Below are positions 12,000-23,859 of a stretch of 64,000 nt of DNA, piece by piece (position 1 is the stretch's first letter; each line of letters starts with the position of its first letter). Origin of the DNA: Narcine bancroftii (taxonomy: Eukaryota). The notes under the pieces were generated by a model. The model worked only from the letters and a program-made list of their open reading frames with translations. It made no database searches and was not told the origin of the DNA. The DNA lies in contig NC_091469.1 of NCBI RefSeq assembly GCF_036971445.1, positions 289,602,001 to 289,666,000 on the forward strand. The letters are read 5' to 3'. Made by a program: the position numbers and the translations under genes.

Positions 12000-12490
12000 T
12001 AATCCTTCCCTACCTCGCACCCATAAGCCTCTACTTTTCTTACATCTATGCATCTATCTAAGAGTCTTTTCAATGTCCCCATTCTACCAGCCTCCATTAT
12101 CCCTGAGACCATAAGACAGAAAAGCAAAGTAGGCTATTCAGCCCATCAAGTCTGCCCCATCATTCAACACCCATGGGAATACATTCCAGGAACGCACTAC
12201 TCTGTCTAAAAAATGCCACCCCGACATCTCCCCTAAACTTTCCTCCACTCACCTTGAATAGATATCCTCTGGTTGTTGGCCATTATCAACCTAGGGAAAA
12301 GGTGCTGGCTGTCCACCCCTCATAATCTTACATACTTTTATTAAATCACCTCTCATCCTTCGTCGATCCAGACAAAAGCCCCAGGGTCTGTCAACCTTAC
12401 TTTGTAAGACGCGTCCTCCAATCCAGGCAACATCCTGGTCAATCCCCTATGCATCCTCTCCAAAGCCTCCATATCATTCCTGTAATGGAC
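12000..12490 (-). mobile_element. CR1 3' fragments
   Basis: aatccaggcaacatcctggtcaat and taaatcacctctcatcctt are reverse complements of RMLPGL and RMRGDLI coding. Confidence 0.75.
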
Positions 12491-13134
12491 TGAGAGGGGC
12501 GGATAGGTTATATTGATGGTGGAGTAGGTTCATGTGTCAGCATAACATGGTGAGCTGAAGGACCTGTGCTGTACCGTACAGTTCTATATGATTCCCTTTC
12601 ACTCTGTGCAGTCAGAACTGAACTTCAGTAAGAGAAGAGAGTTTAATAGTTGTCCATGTCTGATGTAAACAATCACTCAGTAGAACCAAATGTAAATATC
12701 CGCAGCCTTTACAAAAGCAGTTGGTGACATCTGCCAGAAGGGGTGTGGACATAAAACACAAGTGATCATGAACAGATGCCGTGATTTGTGGTGTGTAGAA
12801 ACCTTGTCCATTAGACATCCGTGTCAGGATATCGGCGTAGAGTCGTACAGTTGCCCTTATCTCAGCTGAAGCAATGTCTGGGCTTTAGTTAATCCAAGTG
12901 GTTATTTCTGGAGGGATGGGATGAAAAGCAGAGAACTTGTGTTCAACTTGCATTGAACCTTGATGTGTGCAGCCTCAGAGGCTTGTGTGTATTTTAGTTT
13001 ATCTCAACGTGAAAGGATATAGAGGCCCTGAGAGAGGATGCAGAAATAAAAGATTTGCATTGATGATCCCAGAATTGCAAGGTTATAGCCATTGGGGAGA
13101 AATAATCACATTGGATCTGTGTCTGTATAGAACG

Positions 13135-13450
13135 ACAGAGAAAGGGTGGAGTGAGGGAGGAAGGGAGAGAGGGAGACAGTGATGTGGAGAGGAGAAAGAG
13201 CAGAGAAAGAGAGAGGGAAAAGAAAGAGAGGGACATAGAGGTGAAAGAGAGGTGAGAAAGAGAGATAGAAGAGGGATTGAGAGGGGGAAAGAAAATGGGG
13301 GAAGAGGGAGAGGAGAAAGAGAAAAAGGGAATGAAGGGGAAATGAGAGAGGAAAGAGAAAGAGAGAGGGAGAAAATGAGAGAACAAGAACAATTACAAAC
13401 AAATTGAGAAGGAATTGGAAAGAACCCATTTCTCCAGAGAGGGAAAAGTT
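13135..13450 (+). repeat. Purine-rich (GA) low-complexity tract
   Basis: About 300 bp almost entirely A/G on the plus strand. Confidence 0.9.
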
Positions 13451-14132
13451 GAGCCTTTTCATTCTCCCAGAGACACCTCACAGAAGGCACGTTTAAAGGG
13501 GGAGCTGGATAAAGATACACAGAAGAAAAGAATCCTGCAGATGGAAAAGGGAATGAGGAGATAGGTGTGAAGAAGGGCTAGTTTAGGGGTACAGTAAATG
13601 GCTTGTTTCCGTACAGTAAATACTGTATAGTATTATAAAGTAGTGCAATTTAGTCCACGACAGGCAAACCCTTCTATCCGCCACTTCAATCAAATCTAAA
13701 TTCAGTTACTATGTCCTGTTTCACATGTGTAATTATTCTGGAAATTTCTGGGCAACTTAAATTGAATGGCCCTTTAATAAAATAAGCACAAATGACAGTC
13801 AGACTTAGTGTGTGACCCCCCCCCCCCTTATTAAATAAAGATAAAGGAAAATGTGGGAAAGAATCTGTGGGACGTTGAAAGGAAAAAGAAGAGCAATTAC
13901 TTTGAAAGTTATTCAACAAGATGAAGACGGTACCAGCAACACGAAAATTGGACACAGTCTGGGCTCCAATAGGCCATTTCATGTTGGGCCTCTGCCTTGA
14001 GAACAGCTTATGGAGCAAATAGGAAACTAAGAACTTACCCTTCAGACAGCAGACCTAAAAGGCTGCTCCAGTGACCCATTCATATCCAGAGGCTCCTCGT
14101 AGCGCTACCCGTCATCAATACACGGCAGAGTG

Positions 14133-14249
14133 ATGGCCGTCTTCCCTACCCATAATCCCCCATGCAGCTAAAACTGCTCTATGGTTTCCAGAATGGTTCC
14201 CAGAACAGTTTCGGCTGCGTGAGGGATTATGGGTAGGGAAGACGGCCAT
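14133..14249. promoter_or_regulatory. 48-bp-arm inverted repeat carrying two ZNF143/Staf-like sites
   Basis: Arms 14133-14180 and 14202-14249, 43/48 match, outer 27 bp perfect. The minus-strand CTACCCATAATCCCTCACG fits the Staf consensus YYWCCCRNMATSCMYYRCR. Confidence 0.65.
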
Positions 14250-15268
14250 TGCTCTCCGCGTTTTGAGCCGCAGAGAGTGGCCCCAAAGGCCAAGGCAGCC
14301 CCGTGAGGCTATCACAGCTCGCACTGGCGGCTCCCACTGCCCCGCCAGTCCCAGCTGCCCCACTGACAGGCTGCCCCCTCTCCGCTGCTCCTAACTTGGA
14401 GGAAGAGGTGTGAGTGGGGAGATGGATCGCAGGCTAATGACATCATCAGCCCACCCCCCAAACAGCCAATTAACATGTCTGTACATTCAGATTGATCAGT
14501 GAAGGGCTGCGCTGCGGAGATTATCCCTCTCGGAGAGGGGTAGGAATATATGGCTCGGAGTCCGCCTCCACACATTCAGAGAGGTAAGTGATTATGTGTT
14601 TTGGTGGAGTTTCTCCATCTTTACATCTCAACTTTGGGGCTATCTGAAATGGCCTAATGAATGAACGGTCCACACAAGTTTAAGTCAGAAGCACGAATAT
14701 AAAGAACAAGGTAAAGTTGCATCCGGAAGTGCAAATTATATGAAACTAAAGCCCAGTGATGACAGAAATAGATCAGCTACTTCATCTTTGGATTGAAAGT
14801 TGTAGCCAAAAGCAAATCCCACTTTAGTACAAAAACTAACATTCAAACCAAAACTTTAAACATCTTTTTGATGCTTAAAGCCAATAAATTTCAAGGGGAT
14901 ACAAGTTTTGGTTGGTTTGACCCACTTTGAACCTCGAGCAGGATGACACAAGGTAAGAATTTCCAGGGGAAGCTGCTGGCCCTGCAAAATTCCCAGAAAT
15001 TGTTCAAAAAGGATTTGAACTTGTTGAAGCCGCCAAAGAATTTTATCTAAATGTTGATCCTAACATGGAACAAAGCCTGGAAGGTCCGCAGCCATTTAGA
15101 AAAAGCGATCACTGGCTGTAGGACGTTGTATCATGAAGGGGAAAAAAATCCAAATCTGTGCAGTCAACCTTGGACAAATGTTTTTCTAAGAAATAGTTTA
15201 GTTCTGATGTAATTATGAAATTAATGAAAAATATTTTTATTAACCTTAACAGTTTTGGCAATGTATAG

Positions 15269-15636
15269 TGTTAGGTCTGCTTTGTTCATGAATGAGTGAG
15301 ACAAACACCAGACTGAGTCGAAATCAGGGTTCTTTGTTCTTTATTACCGGATTGTAACACTTGCGACTAACAAAGTTAGTCGGAGAATGCATTCTGCCGT
15401 TATCAGCAAAATGGTGTTTTTTTATACCCTTGGATACATGCTTAGAACATCATCATATCATTACTTGTCCAATGACTAAAACTGTTGCTATCCTTTCCCT
15501 GCTAGCTTCCTGCCTCTCAATCCATCAATGTCTCTCTTATCTTGTAAGTACAAGGATGCATTCACATCTTGTAACAGCCCTGTACAGGGCAGGGTAACTC
15601 CTTACACATTCCCATCTCATGATGTTTTACCTTACA
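15269..15636 (-). mobile_element. Solo LTR (ERV- or Gypsy-type), 368 bp
   Basis: tgttagg...ccttaca inverted termini, perfect 4-bp TSD ATAG (15265-15268 and 15637-15640), TATAAAA and AATAAA on the minus strand. Confidence 0.9.
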
Positions 15637-16099
15637 ATAGGCAGCTAAAAGGTGTTTCTAAAACACATTATTAGTCTTGATGGACAACGTGAAAGGCCGG
15701 GGATTTGTTGTAATTATTCCTCTTGATTCTATTAATTGCTTGACACGAATTCGATGCCAGTTAAAAAGTGGGACGAGTTAATCACGTAAAGCGGGACTTG
15801 CCTGTAGTATTTCTGGCCACGAACTCTTGCACTTTGCAAGAATGCAGCCAGGGATAGTTACACATTTTTTTTAAACTCCTCTCGTAACTAGACTTCACAT
15901 TAAATAGGATACAAATGTCCAGGTCCCACTGCCTGAGACTGACAAGGGGTTTCTCTCTATCCCTCCCCCTTTCCTGCAACTTGAGTCATGCTCTAGCTTT
16001 TGCCAATTCATATGAAAGTCTTTGCCCTGTAACTCATATTCTCTCCTCATAGACACTGCCTGGATTGCCGAGTGTTTTCTCCACGTTAAGGTAATATTT

Positions 16100-16260
16100 A
16101 ATTTAGAGATGAAGCACAGTACCAGGCCCTTCTGGCCTATAATTGGGCATCGCCCAAATACGGCCAATTAACCTGCACACCCCATACGACTTTGGAAAGT
16201 GGGAGGAAACCGGAGCACCCGCAGGACACCCACACAGGTCATGGGAAAAACGTACAGCAC
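16100..16260 (-). mobile_element. V-SINE/HE1-like SINE 3' part
   Basis: gtgggaggaaaccggagcacccg is the reverse complement of the V-domain. Confidence 0.7.
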
Positions 16261-16735
16261 CTCATATTCTGTCCGGGCACCCTCCAACCAGATGGCATGG
16301 ACATCGACGTCTCCAGTTTCCATTAGCGCCACCACCTATCTCTGTCTCTTTTACAGACAGCACTGGATTTGAAGCCGTCGCTGGTCTTGCTCTCTCTCTC
16401 TCTTTCCCTCTCTCTTGTGTGCACGCTCGCTCTCGTGCTCTCGCTCTGTATTCACAGAGCCAAACCCTCCTCCCTCCCCTGAATCAAATCTCATTTCTTT
16501 CCCACTCCCCTCTCCATCTCCAATGAACACGTTTTGTCTGTTGGCCTGTACTTCTCCCCTGCTCTTCCTTTTAATTCAGGCACCTGCCAGCTTTTTATTC
16601 ATACCTTGAAGGATTGTGGCCTGAAACGTCAGTCATATATCTTTACATCCTATGGACTCTGAGAGACCTGTTGAGTTCCTCCAGCATTTCTGTGTTTTTA
16701 CTACAATCACAGTGTCTCTAAACTTTCGTGTTCCA
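16260..16735 (+). mobile_element. Penelope-like 3' end and terminal repeat
   Basis: ggcacctccaaccagatggcatggacatcgac (GxLQPDGMNIDF-like), CT-rich spacer, ctgaaacgtc and gagttcctccagcat. Confidence 0.7.
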
Positions 16736-18049
16736 CAGGGCTGGATTTCAAGCCAAGTTCTGGCGCTATAGTTGCATTGCTCAACCGCTCTGCTCACCAT
16801 GCAGCTCTTATAAAGATGCTGCTCTTATTCCTAATGGGTGGAGGGTACAGAGAGGTAGCATGTAGGGTAGGGGTAAAAGAGTGTGTGGCGTAACAGGGAG
16901 CTGGGCTAGTCAGAGTGGGATAAGAGGCAGGTAGGTTGCATGTTGAGGTGGTGTAAAAAGGTGAGACTGTAAGGTAACTGGGAGGTGAAGAGTGGGGATG
17001 GGTAAGACGGTATGTGGAGTAACAGAGAAGTGTGTGTGGGGCAGATGTATGAGCGTGTAATGAGCTTCAACGTACAATAAAAATGTTTTTCCTTCATGTG
17101 CAATGTAAGACAACTCCATGTTTGGTATAACCAATGTGCAAACTAAGATTTTTTTTGAAAATAAAGAGTTAACAATTTGTTTCCAATTCTGTTTCATGCC
17201 TGTGGCGGGAGAGCATTTTAACACAAAAAGGCCATCATTAAACCAAGATCACGGACTACAATTCAAAGCAGGAAGGTTTATTGGCATTCTGGAAAGGTTT
17301 GGGTCAAAGCTTTTACTGCTACAACATTCAGAACTTGAAGGTCAAGTTCGCTGAATCCTCCATTGACTTGTGTTCTCAGGACCAAAGAAAACTATAACTG
17401 TTGACACTTAGTGCTTTGAAGATCGTATCAGCTCCCACAGGACTTTGCAGAAAATGTTACAAAATAAACTTTGGCAACGAGCCACATAAAGGGGCAGTCA
17501 GCGAAGTGATAGGGAAGTGGAGAGGAGGAGGAATGGGCAGTGGGGTGGGGGGAAATATCAGGTGTGGGAATGGAGTCAGGCAACAGAGACATAGGCAACA
17601 CTAGTGGAAAATTGGATCTGTGGATGGAATAGAAGAATCATTGCTTTGTCACATGCACTATCATACAATGAAAAGCTTTGTTTTGCATCCTATCCATTCA
17701 AGTCAATCCATACATAAGTGTGGTAGGTACTTCAATAATAAAGCAAAAGTACCATGTTAAAGTAAGTCAAAAAGTGCAAAGTATAGAGAAAAGTAGTTAA
17801 CACAGTACAGGAGCACTTTTTTGAACCAATGAGGGGTTCATTCAAGAGTCTGATTACAGGAGGAAAGAAACTCCTTGAATCTGAAGGTTTAGTTTGTGTG
17901 TCTTCTGCCCAACAGGAGGGGTGAGAAGAGAGTGACCAGGGTGGGATGGCTCCTCTGATATGTTAGCAATCTTCCGGAGACAGTGGAAGGTGTCGACAGA
18001 TTGATTGGAGGGAAGTGGAAGGGTGGTGGTGGGGGGGAGTGGAGGAAGG

Positions 18050-18392
18050 CATACAACCTTAAACTTCTTTATCCTGCAGGCCAGGCAGAATTTCGACTTA
18101 TTGGTCGTGCAAAAAAACTCGACTCAAGGAGAGATGCGTATACAAAAGTGAGAAATGTAAAGAAGCCAGTGCATACAAATGGTTAAAAAAAGAGAAGAAA
18201 TATTCCATAATAAATAATGTCCAAAGTGAGAGTCCTTAAATGAGTCCCTGATTGAGTTTGTCGTTGAGGAGTCTGATGGTGGAGGGGAAGCAGCTATTCC
18301 TGAACCTGGTGATACGAGGGACCTACACCTCTTCCCTGATGGCAGCAGCGAGAACAGAGCGTGTGCTGGGTGGTGCGGATTCTCGATGATCT
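18050..18392 (-). mobile_element. Rex1/Babar-like LINE 3' end
   Basis: IIENPHHPAHALFSLLPSGKRCRSL in ORF 18124-18399. Confidence 0.8.
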
Positions 18393-18489
18393 GATCCATT
18401 TTCCTGATTTGTTATATAATTATAGATATTTCAGCAAATCATCCAGAGGCCCCAATTCATCATACAAAACATTCAAATCCTGAATGTAG

Positions 18490-18785
18490 ATGCAGATGCT
18501 GTAGAGAGGGTGCAGAATTGGAGAACGTGTCTTATGAAGCAAGGTTTTCAGAGCTGAGGCTTTTCTCATTGGAGCATTGAAGGGTGAGAGGTGACTTAAT
18601 AGAGGTGCATAAGATTATGAGGAGCATAGATAGAATGGACCTTGTTATTAATGGAAAGGATGCAGAAAGATTCATGACAATGTTCCAGGGAATGGAGAGC
18701 CTAAATTACAAGGAGAGGCTGGGAGTTTTCTCTGGAGAGTGCACGAGGCTGACGGGAGGTGTACCTGTGGTTTATAAAATCATGT
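18490..18785 (+). mobile_element. CR1 fragments
   Basis: MRGDLIEVHKIMRSIDR; LNYKERLG. Confidence 0.75.
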
Positions 18786-18789
18786 GGGC

Positions 18790-19720
18790 AGATTCACAAG
18801 TGAAATGTTGCTTGCTGGGAAGGACTGTCTGAGGCTCCAAATGGTGGTGAGGGAGGAAGTGCAAGTGGAGTAGTGTCAGAGATTGGTGCCAATTGGTGGG
18901 AAGGGAGGAATGGGCAAGAGTCACTGTGGGAGTAGTCCCTGCAGAAGGCGGAGAGAGGAGGAGAAGGAAGATGTGTCTGGTGGTGAGAACTGGGAGATCC
19001 CCGATATTGTGGCAGACAGATTCGAGGTGCTCAATGAAGTAATTCCCCCTCCTAGTCTGCATCCAGTCTTTCCAATGTAGAGGAGATCACACCAGGAGCA
19101 CTGGATGCAGGAGATCTCCCCTGCAGATTCACAAGTGAAGTGTTGAATGATGGTGAGGGAGGGGATGTTTCTTTCCACACATACTGCCAAGCCTGCTACT
19201 TCAATAACAACAACCTGGAGTGAAATCGGTGGAGATAAAACATGAAAGTCTGCAGACACCGTGATTGAAGTAAAACCTCAATGCTGCAGAAATTGAACAG
19301 GTCAAACAGTGTACTTTATATAGCAAAAATAGACATATATAACCAATATTTTGGGCTTGAGCCCTTCATCAAGGTTATGGAAAACATTGGCAGGCCTCCA
19401 AGCAAAAAGGTAAGGGGGAGGCATGGAGGTAATAGGTGGAGAAAGGAGGGAGGGCACAGCAGGAAACAAGGGGAGGAGGGATGGCTGGGTGATTAGAGAG
19501 GGAAGGGGGTGGAGAGCTGTCAGGGGGAAGGGAGGGGGAAAGGAGAGCAGGAATGGGAAAAGTTGATGTTAATGCCATCCAGTTGGAGAGGGCCCAGACT
19601 GAAACTCAGATGTTTAAGGGGGGGGGGGGGGGGGTGGTGGTCTTGGTGGGATGGTACATGAGGCCATGGACGGACATGCGAGTGGGACACAGGACTGAAA
19701 TGGTTGGCCACTGGGATTTG
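18790..19720 (-). mobile_element. Rearranged Penelope-like fragments
   Basis: QHFTCESAGEISCIQCSWCDLLYIGKTGCRLG (GIY-YIG) in ORF 18921-19259; terminal repeat at about 19235-19375. Confidence 0.85.
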
Positions 19721-19769
19721 GAGATGAGGGATTCGCGTTATCAGGCACAAACACCAACCAGCCCAGTGA

Positions 19770-20003
19770 GGGGATTTTGGAGCGGGTTCACCCCACCCCC
19801 TTCCCCAGGGAGGGAAAGCGCCGCCTCTTTGCTTTGAGGGGGAGGGGGCGGCTCCACGAACTGTCAGCGCCTCTCACTCCACACTCGGGGCCGATTGTCA
19901 TGTGGGACAGTCTGTGCGCAGGGAAACAGACCTCGGTTTGACCGGGCAACTCGACCTGCAACGGTTCCCTTCCGTTAGCAGAAGGTGAAAGCAGCAGGTA
20001 AGG
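19770..20003 (+). promoter_or_regulatory. Candidate GC-rich promoter and non-coding first exon
   Basis: Locally CpG-rich non-repeat sequence, GC boxes (gggggagggggcgg), consensus donor CAG|GTAAGG at 19997/19998. Confidence 0.45.
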
Positions 20004-21022
20004 GCTTCCTCGGATTTACCTCGCCAACGTCCCAGGACCATCCCCCACTCATGAAGTCTGTACCTCTTCAACTCTTGTGTAATATCGGAATTTAAATGAA
20101 TATCCCGACTGAAGCTCTAATCGTCTTTAATCTGTTCGCAGCTTGTCAGTCCAATGTTAGTTACTGGAAATGCTTTGCATACAAGTTTGGTTTCGTCCGC
20201 GAGGTTTTCAGTGGTACCTAAGTGCATTTGCATATTGTCCTTAGGGTATTCGTTCCAGGGGCTCCCTTTGTGTTTCCAGTTGTAAACGTGAATCTCCCCC
20301 TCCCCGCAAAGTTGCGTCCCCACCCTCTCTGGCCGCGTCCCCAGTCCCACCTCTGCCCGGCAGGGTTAGAGTTTTCTCTCCAACTCTTCTGGGGGAAAAA
20401 CTCTCTTTCGAAGTAGCATCGTCCCAAAGGCTCGCAGGCTCCCGGTTAAAAACAATTGGTAGTGGGGAAGGAACTGTCTCTGCGAGTATTTCTTCCCCTG
20501 AAGTTGTCAGCAGTTTGAATCGGGGTTAGCAGGGGCGTGGAATGAAGCGGAGTGAGGTTGGGGGTGTGTTTTCATTGAATGGTTCATCTCCAGTTAACCC
20601 CCAGTCTCGGGGTGTGTAGGCTGTGCTCGGCGATGGCCAGATAGGATTGATGAGCCGGGTGGCCATAGCCCGCTGGAGAGGGGTCGAGCCGGTCGTGGGG
20701 TGTTTTGGTGCCGCTGGCTGGGACCTCGCCGCCAAGCTCTGACACTGGGCTGCACTTGGGGCAGTTTGTCCCTGTTCAGCTCCCTGGTGTGCACCCCCCC
20801 CCCCCCCCCCCCACCACCACCTCAAGCTTGAACCAGCCCTTCACCCATTTACAGCAACCATTGCAAACTCTGGGTACAATTTCCAGAAACTGTCGTTCAT
20901 AATTTAAACAGCATGAATAATTTAAGGGATCGCTTACTCCGCACCCGTGGCAGAGTCCAGGGTTTGACTGAATCAGTCCCCGACTTCAGTGTTAGATGCT
21001 TTGAAACCACTTCTACCAAGTG

Positions 21023-21238
21023 GTGAGGGGAACCACTGTCTCTCCTTGCCGGGGGGGTTCCCTGGGGGTGAGGGGAACCATCGTCCCTCCTTGCCGGGGG
21101 GCTTCCCTGGGGGTGAGGGGTACCATTGTCCCTCCTTGTAGGGAGGCTTCCCTGGGGGTAAGGGGAACCATTGTCCCTCCTTGTAGGGGGGCTTCCCTGA
21201 GGATAAGGGGAACCATTGTCCCTCCTTGCCGGGAGGCT
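21023..21238. repeat. 45-bp minisatellite, about 5 copies
   Basis: The unit start gtgaggggaaccat (with variants) recurs at 21023, 21068, 21113, 21158 and 21203. Confidence 0.9.
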
Positions 21239-21514
21239 CCGGCTCTGTGCAGGATCATTGAGTTCAAGGACCATGGGGTGAATAGACCGATTTCCAGAAC
21301 AGCGAGGATTCTGGGTAAACGAGCCGCCATCAGTAGGCAACCCTATTGAGCCTGAGAACAGGATCACGTCATGTGATAAAACTTTCTGGCATGCGCTCAA
21401 ACCAAGCTGCCTTGAAATCTTGCAGGAGACCTCGGATGCTGGAATCTGAAGCTAAACAGGTAGGTAAAATGCACCAGTTAAAACAGTATACATTAAATAT
21501 CCCCAAGGATAATT

Positions 21515-21675
21515 TAATAAATTAGCGCAACGCTGTTACAACGTCGGCGACGCGGATTCGAATCCGGTGCTATCTAAATGCGATTTTCTCCGGGTGCTTC
21601 GTTTCTTCCCACCCTCCAAATATGTACAGGGAGCTGCGAGTGAAATTGGGTGGCAAAGGTTTTAATGGCTGGAGG
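21515..21675 (+). mobile_element. V-SINE/HE1-like SINE, partly deleted
   Basis: ttagcgcaacgctgttacaacgtc...ggattcgaatcc (B box) and tttctccgggtgcttcgtttcttcccac. Confidence 0.65.
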
Positions 21676-22719
21676 GTTCCTTAAACTTAGTATAAGAAAT
21701 AAAAAGTTGAGTTTCAATACTGCAGGCAAATCTTTAAGTTGGGTAGTAAGGGAAGATTCAAAATCCTGACGCAGTTGGATAAAAACTGTTCTTGAACCTA
21801 AAGGTGCTGGTCTTCAGGCTTTACCTTCTGCCAGAAGGGGGAAGTGAGAAGAAGTTGTGACCAGGGTGATGGGGTTCCTGTATAATGTGGGCTGCCTTCT
21901 TCAGGCAGCACCTCAGTAGATGGAGTGGGTAGAAGACGAGAGCCTATGCTGGGCCTGGCTGTGTTTGCCACCTTCTGCAGCCCTCTACATTCCAGGGTTC
22001 TTGAAATATCAAACCAGGCTTGAAATATCAAACCAGGCAGCTAGTCCTACACTTTTTAATGCAGTATTTTTCCAAATCGCAAGCCTCTTAGAAAGTGGAG
22101 GTGTTGGTGAGCCTTCCCTATGGTTGTCTTGATGTGCTAGCTCCTGGTGACATTCTCCATCATGTGGATCCATAGATGTGCTGAAAAGCCTCTTGGTAAA
22201 TGCAACGTCCCCATGGATGGCTAACAGTCTCTCGCCCATTGCTGCTCAAATGGCAGAGGCGGATTGGGATGTGCTTGAGAACTTCAAGCCTCTGCACTGG
22301 GAAGGCACGCATGCAGTGGAAAGACCACACCACCTTTCAAACTGTCCACCTACCTTTGCTCTTGGACACCTGTGTGTTCTGGTTGGACTCGAACCACAGA
22401 ACCCACAAGACTTGGGTGGGAAAATGGCGGTTCTGAGGGACTAATGAAGGAGGATGAGGAGATACACCATACCTGACGATATCCTCACAGTGCTTCATTA
22501 ACCCCAGGCTCTGACTGCTCCTTGAGGTAAATATTGTTGTCATCACTTGTTCTAGAGTAAGACCATGCCTTCTGGTCCTTAATGTTACACAGAGTAGCCA
22601 GGTAATTGATTAGATAAAACTCGGCTCAAAGTTTCCTTTCACACAGATGACAAAAGTGTAGGGATGTTGCAGTATCTATGGTTCTTGGTTTTGAGGTTCT
22701 TTTGTTCTTCCTTGAGCAG

Positions 22720-23280
22720 CACAGGAAGAGGCCATTCAGCCCACATGAATGTGCTGAGCACAAAACCTAAGGCTTTGCTATTCACACCTGATAGATATCC
22801 CTCCATTCCCTTAACATCCTCAATTCTGGCTTCCTCGCCCAAAGCCCTCAGCGCATCGATTCTGCCCTGCCATTTAATCATGAGTTGATCCAGTTCCCCA
22901 CTCAGCCCCACTGCCTGGCCTTCTCCCCATAACCTTTGCTGTCCTGTTAATCTCTGCCTTAAAACACACCCAATGGCCTGGCCTCCACAACCGCCTATAG
23001 CAATGAATTCCACAGATTTACCACCCGCTGGATGAAGAAATTTCTCCACATCTCTGTTCTAAGCAAATGCCCTTCAATTCTGAAGTTGTGCCCTCTTGTC
23101 CTAGACTCTCCCACCATGGGGAAACAACCTTTCTACATCTACTCTGTCCATGCTGTTCAACATTCAAAATGTTTCAATTCTCCTAAATTCCAGTGAGTAC
23201 AGGCCAAGAGCTGTTAAACCCTCCTCATATGATAACCCCTTCGTTCCATGTGAAGCTCCTCTGAACCCTCTCCAATCATC
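22720..23280 (-). mobile_element. CR1 3' fragment
   Basis: gcaatgaattccacagatt (NLWNSL), ctagactctcccaccatggg, ctcctcatatgataaccc. Confidence 0.8.
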
Positions 23281-23859
23281 AACGAGCACAACTTTTTAAC
23301 TTTTAAGGGAGTCGTTGAATCTTTTTTTCTGTGCATCACATGACTATTTGACTTCAGTCGTCCTTTGGTGTTCAGTCATCAGACAAGATCCTAACACGTC
23401 CTGCACATCTGGTAGTGTGTACATGCTGGGGAGATTTGATTTGGATGGAATCCCAGCATCTGGAATCTTGCCTTGTCACTTGCAGACAGGCACATGTTAA
23501 AGATCACTTGGCACAGTTTTGAACCAAATTTCTTTGCAGATGTTCCAGACAATTTGTGTCTCGTCCTCTTTTTTTAAAAAAAAATAGCATTCCGTTTCAG
23601 AAAACTCTGAACTAAAAATTGACCACTAAATTTCCTATATTGTAAGTGACTACTCTTGGCGAATGCTTCATTCCTTGTGATCCACTGATTAGGAAATAAT
23701 AATTCAAGGTCACGCTCTGGTGACAAGGTAGTAAATATCCTTCAGATTTAAAGGAGACCTGAGGGGAAGTTTATTTTGTTTTTACGCAGACCTTTTTTTA
23801 CAGGGTCTCTGGAACAAACTACTTACAGGAGGTGGTAGAGGAAGGTACTGTTCAAAAAG

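Larger units (their letters stand above)
13661..15804 (+). mobile_element. Internally deleted Tigger/pogo DNA transposon
   Basis: CENP-B-type HTH remnant MTEIDQLLHLWIESCSQKQIPL*...GWFD from 14759 joined to the C-terminus DPNMEQSL/KVRSHLEKAI...QSTLDKCFSKK* ending about 15196; right TIR gcgggacttgcctg+TA. The left TIR (caggcaaaccc) is tentative. Confidence 0.75.

Noticed and set aside
12994-13520. Leu/Ser/Phe-rich ORFs resembling membrane proteins
   Set aside because: Translation of the purine/pyrimidine low-complexity tract.
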